Origin: Nemertoderma westbladi
Taxonomy: Eukaryota > Animalia > Xenacoelomorpha
Length of the DNA stretch: 64,000 nucleotides
Assembly (NCBI GenBank): GCA_032718475.1
Contig: JAUCBJ010006959.1
Span: 1 to 64,000 of the forward strand
Direction of reading: 5' to 3'
Shown here: in pieces, positions 42,018 to 53,714 of the stretch
How the letters are laid out: every line of letters begins with the position of its first letter
Position numbering within the stretch: position 1 is the stretch's first letter
The notes under the pieces: generated by a model
What the model was told of the DNA's origin: nothing
Database searches by the model: none
Seen by the model: the letters and a program-made list of their open reading frames with translations, nothing else
Program-made: the position numbers and the translations under genes

Positions 42018-42775
42018 TTAAGAATGCTGTGCCGGCTTATCGACAAAATTGCACCGCCACAACTCCCTATTACCCATGACATTTGCTAGATCATCTGCAT
42101 CTTCAAGGCCAGTGTCCTTTAAGATGCGTCTCAAGAAAGTCATGGGCTGTCCACCATGCTTATTCACTCCATGAGGCTGCCAAAGTACAAGATTATGCAC
42201 TGGTTGGTCCTCACGGCGAAAGCAATGCCCTGCAAAGCGGAGGCGATTTTGTTCTAGTGTCAAGCTTGGGGGAACCAATGAAACACCTCCAATGTTATAT
42301 AGTTTCTGGTTGGAGATGTGTGCATTGTACTTGACACAATGAACCCGGCGTAGCATTCTTGTGAATGTACCATCCAGAGATTTGGTGTCCTCAGCAGTTA
42401 GAGCCCAGCGTGGACTCCCATAGAGGAGTACTGGAACTACTGCTGCTCTAAATAATCGGACCTTAAGTTTCCGATTAATTCTCGGTGACTTCCAAATCCT
42501 GGAAAGCCTATTCAAGGCTGCCCATGCCTTTCCCTTACGTATTCGAAGGTCCTCACCTGACTTCCGGATCCATGATCCCAGGTAACAGAAGTCATCCACA
42601 TGCTCAAGCATACCATCTTTTGAGCTTATGCTCATCCGATCAGAGACATGCTGAGGACTTTCAAAGTTAACTGTCAAAATTTTGGTCTTTCTGGAGTTAA
42701 TAAAAAGACCAACACTAGAAGCAGCATGTTCTAATGAGCTGAGGAGCCGTTGGGCTCCCTCTAGTGATTCCGAGA
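42018..42775 (-). mobile_element. 5'-truncated RTE-type non-LTR retrotransposon (RT C-terminal region)
   Basis: GAQRLLSSLEHAASSVGLFINSRKTK, LEHVDDFCYLGSWI, IRKGKAWAA..RLSRIWKS, VLLYGS..WALT, TRMLRR, RLRFAGHCFR, RELWR. Confidence 0.87.
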
Positions 42776-43343
42776 GTCCGTTGCTCCGGAAACTACATAG
42801 ATTGATTGGTAACTACAGTAGGTAGTAGGTACTGTAACTACAGTAGGTACTGTAACTACAGTAGGTACTGTAACTACAGTAGGCTACTAGTACTATGCAC
42901 TAGTGCATAGTTTAGACAATCGATAGTAATTGGTCCAAAGTTTGTCTATGCCTTGTTGCTATGTAAAATCCATGTTGCTAATGAAAGAAACAGGAAATTG
43001 AAAGTGTTCCGTATAATATATATATAATATAACTTTTTTAGGGTATTAACAATGTAATTCAAAATAAAAATTTTTATTGACAAATTTTCAATAAATTAAA
43101 TTCCCAATAAATTTCCCTTTTTTGGCTATAGATTGACACGCCTATTGTAGTGGAAAGCAGGCGATGTAAGGATTCCAAATATGCAAGAAAATATTTATGT
43201 GGTTGGGAAATAGCTGTGATTGACGGTTCTAAGATTGCATGTTATTTAATCCGCTGGTGGCTATTTTATTCTACATTATTTCATAAAATTACACAAAATA
43301 CATGAACGTTCCGTTTATCTCACAAAAAACTGGGCAATAATAA

Positions 43344-46201
43344 AATTCCAACACCATCACCACTTAATTAATATAACAATTCCAACACCATCACCACTTA
43401 ATTAATATAACAATGCCGACACCATCACCACTTAATTAATATAACAATGCCGACACCATCACCACTTAATTAATATAACAATGCCAACACCATCACCACT
43501 TAATTAATATAACAATGCCAACACCATCACCACTTAATTAATATAACAATTCCAACACCATCACCACTTAATTAATATAACAATGCCGACACCATCACCA
43601 CTTAATTAATATAACAATGCCAACACCATCACCACTTAATTAATATAACAATGCCGACACCATCACCACTTAATTAATATAACAATTCCAACACCATCAC
43701 CACTTAATTAATATAACAATGCCGACACCATCACCACTTAATTAATATAACAATGCCAACACCATCACCACTTAATTAATATAACAATGCCAACACTATC
43801 ACCACTTAATTAATATAACAATGCCAACACCATCACCACTTAATTAATATAACAATGCCGACACCATCACCACTTAATTAATATAACAATACCGACACCA
43901 TCACCACTTAATTAATATAACAATGCCGACACCATCACCACTTAATTAATATAACAATGCCGACACCATCACCACTTAATTAATATAACAATGCCGACAC
44001 CATCACCACTTAATTAATATAACAATGCCGACACCATCACCACTTAATTAATATAACAATGCCGACACCATCACCACTTAATTAATATAACAATGCCGAC
44101 ACCATCACCACTTAATTAATATAACAATGCCGACACCATCACCACTTAATTAATATAACAATGCCAACACCATCACCACTTAATTAATATAACAATGCCG
44201 ACACCATCACCACTTAATTAATATAACAATGCCAACACCATCACCACTTAATTAATATAACAATGCCAACACCATCACCACTTAATTAATATAACAATGC
44301 CAACACCATCACCACTTAATTAATATAACAATGCCGACACCATCACCACTTAATTAATATAACAATGCCAACACTATCACCACTTAATTAATATAACAAT
44401 GCCAACACCATCACCACTTAATTAATATAACAATGCCAACACCATCACCACTTAATTAATATAACAATACCGACACCATCACCACTTAATTAATATAACA
44501 ATGCCGACACCATCACCACTTAATTAATATAACAATGCCAACACCATCACCACTTAATTAATATAACAATGCCGACACCATCACCACTTAATTAATATAA
44601 CAATGCCGACACCATCACCACTTAATTAATATAACAATGCCAACACCATCACCACTTAATTAATATAACAATGCCGACACCATCACCACTTAATTAATAT
44701 AACAATGCCGACACCATCACCACTTAATTAATATAACAATGCCGACACCATCACCACTTAATTAATATAACAATGCCGACACCATCACCACTTAATTAAT
44801 ATAACAATGCCGACACCATCACCACTTAATTAATATAACAATGCCGACACCATCACCACTTAATTAATATAACAATGCCGACACCATCACCACTTAATTA
44901 ATATAACAATGCCAACACCATCACCACTTAATTAATATAACAATGCCGACACCATCACCACTTAATTAATATAACAATGCCGACACCATCACCACTTAAT
45001 TAATATAACAATGCCAACACCATCACCACTTAATTAATATAACAATGCCGACACCATCACCACTTAATTAATATAACAATGCCGACACCATCACCACTTA
45101 ATTAATATAACAATGCCAACACCATCACCACTTAATTAATATAACAATGCCGACACCATCACCACTTAATTAATATAACAATGCCGACACCATCACCACT
45201 TAATTAATATAACAATGCCGACACCATCACCACTTAATTAATATAACAATGCCAACACCATCACCACTTAATTAATATAACAATGCCGACACCATCACCA
45301 CTTAATTAATATAACAATGCCGACACCATCACCACTTAATTAATATAACAATGCCAACACCATCACCACTTAATTAATATAACAATGCCGACACCATCAC
45401 CACTTAATTAATATAACAATGCCGACACCATCACCACTTAATTAATATAACAATGCCGACACCATCACCACTTAATTAATATAACAATGCCGACACCATC
45501 ACCACTTAATTAATATAACAATGCCGACACCATCACCACTTAATTAATATAACAATGCCGACACCATCACCACTTAATTAATATAACAATGCCGACACCA
45601 TCACCACTTAATTAATATAACAATGCCGACACCATCACCACTTAATTAATATAACAATGCCGACACCACCACCACTTAATTAATATAACAATGCCAACAC
45701 CATCACCACTTAATTAATATAACAATGCCGACACCATCACCACTTAATTAATATAACAATGCCAACACTATCACCACTTAATTAATATAACAATGCCAAC
45801 ACCATCACCACTTAATTAATATAACAATGCCAACACCATCACCACTTAATTAATATAACAATGCCGACACCATCACCACTTAATTAATATAACAATGCCG
45901 ACACCATCACCACTTAATTAATATAACAATGCCGACACCATCACCACTTAATTAATATAACAATGCCGACACCATCACCACTTAATTAATATAACAATGC
46001 CGACACCATCACCACTTAATTAATATAACAATGCCGACACCATCACCACTTAATTAATATAACAATGCCGACACCATCACCACTTAATTAATATAACAAT
46101 GCCGACACCATCACCACTTAATTAATATAACAATGCCGACACCATCACCACTTAATTAATATAACAATGCCAACACCATCACCACTTAATTAATATAACA
46201 A
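43344..46201. repeat. 34-bp minisatellite (AATGCCGACACCATCACCACTTAATTAATATAAC), about 84 copies
   Basis: Highly homogeneous periodicity, mainly one G/A dimorphism. Confidence 0.98.
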
Positions 46202-46734
46202 CTTTTTCAGCAGGTTGGAGCCCCCGTAACGTTTTTTTCAAATTTATATCAAAATTTACTAAATATGGTATGACGATAGTTTTGTCACTTTTCTTACTGA
46301 TGGGCCTGCCGGATTTTGCATTTTTTTTCAAATTATTTAGCTTCATCAAACCGTTAAAAATTGCATCTTATTTAGCAATATACTGTATATATAGGCCTAC
46401 AATATAACAACCTCCTTCGGCTTGATTTGTTGTCTTTGGAATGTATTCTAGTTGTCATCATTAGAACCGCCTTTGTCTTCAATTACTGTGCCTTCCACAC
46501 TCTTCGATTTTTTTTACTATTTTTTCCTGTAGGCTTATGTTTATTAAAGTTATAACACCCGCCTCTCTAATTCTCCAATCCCGCTCTAAATAATCTGGTA
46601 ACAAAAATAACCTTCACTTAGTTCAAATTTCCTATAAACCTTGCTACGATAAACTTCTAATTCTGAAGTTAATATTTTAAAGAAAACAACATTTTACAAC
46701 GTTTTAATATGTTAATATGTGTGAAAGTGTCCAA

Positions 46735-46928
46735 CAACATTCAACAAGCACGTTTGCCTTGCCGGCATGCAGGTTTAGGGGTACCCTCTGTTGCTTTCAC
46801 AGCCCCATGTGCCTATCTTTCTTTAGGGGTACCCTCTGTTGCTTCCACAGCCCCATGTGCTTATCTTTCTTTAGGGGTACCCTCTGTTGCTTCCACAGCC
46901 CTATGTCCTATCTTTCTTTAGGGGTACT
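46735..46928 (+). repeat. Three 48-bp tandem copies at the end of a possible decayed non-LTR RT fragment
   Basis: TTTAGGGGTACC recurs at ~46774/46822/46870/46917; translation QQARLPCRHAGLGVPS...APCAYLS resembles the LP.R.GGLG...AP.A(Y/F)LAS post-RT motif (weak). Confidence 0.6.
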
Positions 46929-47180
46929 GTTACGGTATATGGCGCTGTAAGTAGTATAATATACTATGACCCCCGGCCAAGGTCACCCGTAGCCCATCAT
47001 TACCATCCATTTCTGGTACTGCAACCAATCAGAAGCCACCATTTCATCCTTTAGCAGTGGTCGTTATTATTTCAACCTATCAGATGACAGCATTTCATCC
47101 GTAACCATGGTAAATTCTCAAGTTCCCGCTTATTCCGCTAGAGGCGTTATTAGTCCCCCGACGCTAGTACTGCATCCAAT

Positions 47181-47535
47181 CACCAACCTTTATTTTACAG
47201 GTGTTCGAGTGTCTACACTTAGCATCAGGTAACGTCTACTATTTTTCAAATAGCAATTTTTCACCAACCAGTATTTTTCATATTCACCAACCGTTATTTT
47301 ACAGACGCTAGAGGTGTCTACAGGTAACTTCTACTATTTTTCAAATCGCAATTTTTCAGCAACCAGTATTTTTCATATTTACCAACCTTTATTTTACAGA
47401 CGCTAGAGGTGTCTACAGGTAACTTCTACTATTTTTCAAATCGCAATTTTTCAGCAACCAGTATTTTTCATATTCACCAACCTTTATCTTACAGATGCTA
47501 GAGGTGTCTACAGGTAACTTCTACTATTTTTCACC
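47181..47535 (+). repeat. 95-bp subterminal tandem repeats (about 3.5 copies)
   Basis: TTTTACAGACGCTAGAGGTGTCTACAGGTAACTT recurs with CAG ending at 47304, 47399 and 47494. Confidence 0.9.
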
Positions 47536-47571
47536 AGTAACTAAATTTAATTTTGCAATTTTTCAGATAAC

Positions 47572-47650
47572 AAAATATTCAACCGGATTCGAACCCGGGA
47601 CCGATATAACTCCTCACAACTCACCAATCACTCTTCCATCCAACCTCGAG
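47572..47650 (-). promoter_or_regulatory. Pol III B-box / tRNA-like unit
   Basis: Exact GGTTCGAATCC (47595-47585), a weak upstream A-box-like TGGAAGAGTGATTGG and downstream TTTT. Confidence 0.45.
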
Positions 47651-48084
47651 AGAAAAAGGCGATAAATATCTGAGTTATACCATAGTCATTGAATTCTTCA
47701 TCTTCATCACCGGTAGCAGATGTTTATAAATAGCTTCTAGTTCCTTAACATAATTACTATAGCGTAGAATACATTAATTCGACTATTAATAATAATCAAT
47801 TTCTTTTATCGTTGTAACTGGTCGATCAACTAAGTTGAATATAAGTTAGAATGACAGGGCTAGCATTGATTACGTTGCATCTGTTACACGTTACTGCTAT
47901 TTCACTCTCTAACTCACGCTAATGTAATAAATTTAGCTGTACACGTTGCATCTGTTACACGAATCTACTATATTCCTCACTGTAAGTCACTCTGTTTTAT
48001 TAAAGCAACCATATAAACCGAAGTTTTACAATCTAATAATCATTTATTTAGTTTTTATTTTTCAAAATAGTTTTCATTCTAATT

Positions 48085-49131
48085 ATGGATTTATTTAAAA
48101 AAACTTCAAGCAATACTTGGAAATTTACATTTAATAAATATACCTGTAGTATTGTTTATGGCAAGTACTTTATATTACTCTCAAGCGATAGCAATGTAAC
48201 AACGTGCTTCTCTTACCAGGATACACTCTACCTTCTAGACGTCTTAGAAATATTATTCAACCGACAAAAGGAATCACCAGTTTCAAGAGGTAATATTTAT
48301 CCTAATATAGAATTTACAAGAGGAAAGTTAAATATTTCCACCTGTGTTATTACTGAAAACGTATATATTCAGAAGCAAGGCAAATGTCAAATTCTAAACA
48401 AATCACTCATTAATTTATTACTTCAGAGTAAGACAGAAATATTAGAATTGTTATCACCACCACTCGAAATAATAAATCAGTGTTATGTTGTTAATTTAAC
48501 CAACCCATCTTTTGTTGGTTTTGTAAGCAAATATAAAGGAGCGACTTATATGGGACTATGGGAGATTTCAGCTAGATATTCTGATGCTATTGGTCTTAGG
48601 TATTATAATGGGTTTAACTTAACAGTATCGGAAGTAAATTCATTGTGGTATGAATGGAATTATGAAATTAGTAACGAAGGTGTCTTTTCAGAGCTAGATA
48701 CGGACGATAAAGTAGCTTTATCTGACCGACTTAAAGTAAAAATAAATGTACAAGAAAAAAAAGTAATTATTACAGACAAGGAAAGCAAATATTTACAGTT
48801 ACATTACGATAAAGACATACCTCATATAGAGTTTCTCTATGATATGATGTTAAAGGTTTCATCAACTGATATAGCAGACGGTTTCACGATTCTATATCCA
48901 CCAACTTGGAAGTTTAAGGATAATAAGTCATTTCCAGAAGTAGTTTCATCCATATTTAATCCAAAGACATACATCGAAGAGACCTCGAGTGATAGAAAGC
49001 GCAGATCTACATCTCAATCATCTTCCATTCCCAACAATGATTCTATACCTACAAAGAAAATAAAAGTTACAAAAGCAAGTGAAGAGGTAGCAGATTACAA
49101 TAAGGAACATATAAAAACAGTATCAGATTGA
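48085..49131 (+). CDS. Polinton protein with a probable PC4-like (ssDNA-binding/coactivator) domain
   Basis: 348-aa intact ORF; VGFVSKYKGATYMGLWE...NGFNLTVSEVNSL resembles PC4 VSV..FKGK.Y.DIRE...KGISLT.EQW..L; basic NLS-like C-terminus. Confidence 0.55.
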   Translation: MDLFKKTSSNTWKFTFNKYTCSIVYGKYFILLSSDSNVTTCFSYQDTLYLLDVLEILFNRQKESPVSRGNIYPNIEFTRGKLNISTCVITENVYIQKQGKCQILNKSLINLLLQSKTEILELLSPPLEIINQCYVVNLTNPSFVGFVSKYKGATYMGLWEISARYSDAIGLRYYNGFNLTVSEVNSLWYEWNYEISNEGVFSELDTDDKVALSDRLKVKINVQEKKVIITDKESKYLQLHYDKDIPHIEFLYDMMLKVSSTDIADGFTILYPPTWKFKDNKSFPEVVSSIFNPKTYIEETSSDRKRRSTSQSSSIPNNDSIPTKKIKVTKASEEVADYNKEHIKTVSD

Positions 49132-49690
49132 TTTATTATTAACTAGAGACTTTTCTTTTTCAGTTTCACACTGACTTGTAAAGGTAACTTTTTATCACAA
49201 AGCGTGATTATTATAAAGTATTTGCATGTAAAGGTGACTTTATTGAGTAAATATTGGTGATAGTTTAATGTGAGCACGGGATTAGGTATAAAACATTCGC
49301 ATGTAAATGCGTGAGTTTACACCACCATAATAAAACATTTGCATGTAAAACCTACTTTATCAATGAAAATTAAAAACGCATTAGACACATCTTGGTTTAG
49401 ACTTGATTTTATTATAAAGAATTCAGTTGTAAAAGCAACTTTATTTATGATATTAGTTTCCAATGTAACTGTTATTTATGATTGGTTGGTATAAGTAGAA
49501 ACTTGAAATACAGTATATATATATATAAAGAACTCAACTGATTCAATCGATCTCATTCTGAAAATATTAAATTAATTAAAGTTTAGATATTATATTTTAT
49601 TTGTGTTGAGTAGCTTATGAATTTTTTTTTGATTATATATATATAACAATATTCATATTAATTTTAAATTGTTTTTAGGATAATAAAGAG

Positions 49691-52600
49691 ATGGATAAAC
49701 AATTGAAATGTCCATTTTGTCCTCTTCAAATTTCTAAACGAAATTATTTAACACATGTGAAATCTCATTTTGAAGAATACAATTGTTTTAATTGTCGTGT
49801 GAAATGTTCACGTGAAGAAATATGTAAACGACATGAATCGACTACGGGATGTAAAGAAATGAAGTTTTGCGTGTATGAAAAAACTTGCCCTACTTGTAAT
49901 AAAGAGTATTTATATGAGAATTACTTACGTCACGACTGTCACCAACGTTATTATCATGTTAGACCACCACCACCACAACGGAACCAAAACAATACTATGG
50001 TATCTAGAAAAAGACTGAAATCTGGTCAAGGTTCATCAATTTTTAACATCGAACGAGCCGCACACGATAACCGTTTAGAAATCTATGTTTACAATCTTCC
50101 AGATGATGAAGATTTTCCTGATATTCATTCATCATTAATTAAAATTCTACCTCACATCCAAACTTTATTATTAGGAAAACTTAGCGAAATGAATGTACTT
50201 AGACCCTGGCTAGGTGTGAATATACTCATGTATCGATCACATTTTTCAGAGGGTGATCAAGAAGAAGCTTTCTATTTTAGTTCTTCAGGTGGTGCAGTTA
50301 ATACCGTAGATTCACATGAAAGTTTTGACACATGGTTTGAGTATGTATTAGAAAAATTAATGCAAAAAATAGCCATGTTTAACACTCGTGGCTCAGGGTG
50401 GCGTGTTAAATCTTTATTAAGGGTTGAAATTAAAGTAGCTGAATCCAAGTGTAGGTCGTTACTATATAAAGGACATGGTTATATGGAGTTACCTAAGGCT
50501 CTATCAGGTAAAAATTGTACAATAAATATACAAACGGGTGATAATGACTGTTTCAAATGGGCAATTATAGCTACAAAATTTAGTAGCAAAGTGAAAGATC
50601 ACAAATATCGTACTTCGTCATACAAAAATTATATGAGTCATTTCATTTTTGACAACGGGAACAAAGATTATCCAACAGAATGGCAGCTTGCAATTAAACT
50701 TTTTGAAAAACAGAATTCATCATATATAATTAATTTATTACTCTACAACAACAATCGAGTATCTATATTAAGACAGGCACCATTTAGTAAAATCACACCA
50801 GATAAAGAGTTATTGAATATATTACTTGTAAAAAATAAGAATACGAGTAAACAATCACATTATGTTTGCATAACTAACTTGAATCGTTTGATGAATACAA
50901 GAGGTAAGCATATTGGATGTAGGAAATATTGTGAACGGTGTTTGGCACCTTTCTACACCAATGATGTTCTAGAACGTCACCGTCTTGTTTGTTATCGAGG
51001 AAAAAGTCAAGTTGAGAAGCTACCATCTGAAAAAAGAACTCACATTAGCTTTAGAAATTTAGACAGAACATTACCAGCATTGTTTGTAATATATTTTGAC
51101 ATAGAATCTATTTTGGAGCCAGCCACCAACAGTAAATTTATTCAGAATCATATTCCTTGCGCTGTAAGTTATTTAATTGTTCCTAGTGCCGAATTAATCA
51201 ATCCACCAAAATTTTATTTGAAGACCTTTACAAAAACAATCGACAACAACTGTATTCAAGACTTTTTAGACTCTGTATATAATGACATCACCCAATTATA
51301 TAAGTGGTCGGAAGACCACACAAGAGAGAGAATGATACTTAATGATGCAGATAAGTTAAGTTTTTGGAAAGCTAAAACTTGCTTTTATTGCAATGTTTTA
51401 TTTAAGGATAAGTCTGAGAAAAACAAACATCACTCACATATTACTGGTAACTATATAGCAGCCGCTTGTAACGCGTGTAACCGCTCTTTATCGTTGAAAC
51501 GACACATGTATATACTCGCTGCACACAACAGCAATCACTACGATTTGCATTTTCTTTTGCAAGTTGGTTTTACCAACAATAAATATTCCGATTGGAATAT
51601 AAAGGTGATCCCTAAAAATTCTGAAAGGTATATTTCACTAAGCATGCATATACCGGTGAAAGACTCAAAAACAAAGCTTGAGCTACGTGTCTTAGACACA
51701 TATCAATTTTTATCCTTTTCCCTAAGTACTTTAGTTGATTGTTCAACAAAGGATATAGACAGCGAGGATATAACATCAGTTCTACCAATTACTGAACAGC
51801 AAATGAAATATTTTTATCCAAATTTAAATAATGCAACAATTAAACGAAAAGGTATATTTCCCTACGAGTACCTGACAGATTTAAATAAATTCAATGATTC
51901 GAAATTACCATCAATAGACAAATTTTATAGTAAATTAACACAAAATACCTGTACACCCGAGGAATATAGTTTCGCCAACGCATCATGGAGTCAGTTTGAC
52001 TGTGTGAATCTCAAGGATTATCTTTTAGCATACTTAAAACTCAATGTTTGTCTCCTCGCTGATATATTTGAGAACTTTAGGAGAGTGTGTAGACAAAACT
52101 ACGAATTAGAAGTAGTTTATTATTGCAGTATCGCAGCTTTCACTTATGATTGCGCCCTGAAATACAATAAATGTAAGTTAACATTAATAAAAGATTACCA
52201 AACATATAGAGATTTTGAAGCATCTATTAGAGGAGGGGTTTCATTCTGTCGAAAGCATTACATAGAATCAAATATACCAGATACTGATAATTATGATCCA
52301 AGCAAGGAAGAGTGTCATATTTTTAATATAGATTTTAATTCCTTGTATTCTGGTAATTTAAGTAAAAAGCTACCTGTTTCAGGGTTTGAACAAGTCAACG
52401 TTACATATTTAGAGAATGCTGCTCCAGAAGAACTGATAAAATATTTGTCAAATCTTGATACTGAAGGGGATATTGGGTTTTTCTTAATTTGCGATTTGAA
52501 ATATCCCAAAGATATTCATGATTGTACATTAGAACTACCCTTAGCTCCAGAACATTTAAGTATAAATGAGACAATGCTTTCACCATATATGAGGGAACAA

Positions 52601-53714
52601 TATAACAATGTTTGTAAACAAAGAGGTACTAATAGCAAGTATAAGATGTGTGCTCCAAAACTTGTTGACACAATTCGATAAGGAATTATATCATGTAAAT
52701 TTAAAACTGTTAAAATTTTATATAAAACAAGGTTTAATTGTTACTAAGCTCCATAAATTATATTCTTTCCATCAAGACTTTGTATTTAAACACTATATAG
52801 ATTTTAATATTAATCAAAGACGTTTAGCAAAAACGTATATTGAAACAGCTGTCGCAAAGCTTTTGAATAATTCGTTATTTGGAAAAACGATAGAGAGGAT
52901 ACGGGACCGATGCAACTTTCGTATCGCGAATAGTAAAGAGAAGTGCGATTTGTTGGTCAAACGTATAAATCACGAAAATTTCATGATTTATAACGATTCC
53001 TTATCGGGACATTTATTAGTGAAAGACTCTGTAACTCTCGATAAACCGGTCTATGTAGGTAGTACTGTCTTGGACTTGGCTAAATTGGATATGTATGAGT
53101 TGTATTACGATAAATTGCTACCTATTGAGAAAGAATTAAACTGCCGTATTGAAATTGTAGCGTCAGATACGGACTCTTTGATAGGTTGTTACTATAATAC
53201 ATCGCAGAGTAATTTCTTAAAAGCATTAATTAAAAATAATATTTTAGATACATCCAATTACCCCAAGGATCACCCTCTCTACAGCGATAAAAATAAATCC
53301 AAGCTCTATTACTGTAAAGACGAACTAGCCTCACGTGAAATTAAACAAGCAGTATTTTTAAGACCAAAGTTATATTCAATTTTGGAATGGAATAATAAAA
53401 ATATTCATAGAGCAAAAGGTATTACAAGAGCGGTCGTGGATAAAAATATTTGCCACGAAGATTACGTAAGAGCATATTACGATAACTTAGAAATTTCAAA
53501 AGAAACGATTCAATTTCAGAGCAAATTACACAAAGTGTATACTATAGCACGTGATAAGTTTGCTCTCAGCGCATTTGACGATAAACTTTATTGGATTAAT
53601 AAAAATCATTCGCTTCCCTGGGGTCACTATCGAACAAAGGTCGAAAAACCGATAAAGAAAAACAATATACCTATTTATCGGGAACCAAACAATGAACTAT
53701 CAGATAGTCAATAA
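49691..53714 (+). pseudogene. Protein-primed family B DNA polymerase (pPolB), split by a frameshift near 52660
   Basis: N-terminal Zn fingers, RGSGW terminal-protein-like motif, DNDCFKWAI...SHYV (OTU-like Cys/His), ExoI YFDIES, EndoVII-like insert, ExoII HNSNHYD, motifs DFNSLY, KLLNNSLFGK, SDTDS; ORFs 49691-52681 and 52608-53714. Confidence 0.93.

Noticed and set aside
39260-43340. Possible MITE/DNA-transposon remnants and a 20-bp palindrome at 42892-42911
   Set aside because: No paired TIRs or TSDs could be identified by eye
46774-46928. TTTAGGGG as telomeric repeats
   Set aside because: One occurrence per 48-bp unit, not a tandem telomere tract
47572-47650. Intact tRNA gene
   Set aside because: Only the T-loop is convincing; acceptor, D and anticodon stems do not pair
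52640-52700. Programmed ribosomal frameshift in pPolB
   Set aside because: No canonical slippery heptamer or evident downstream structure; other lesions in the element favour decay or sequencing error
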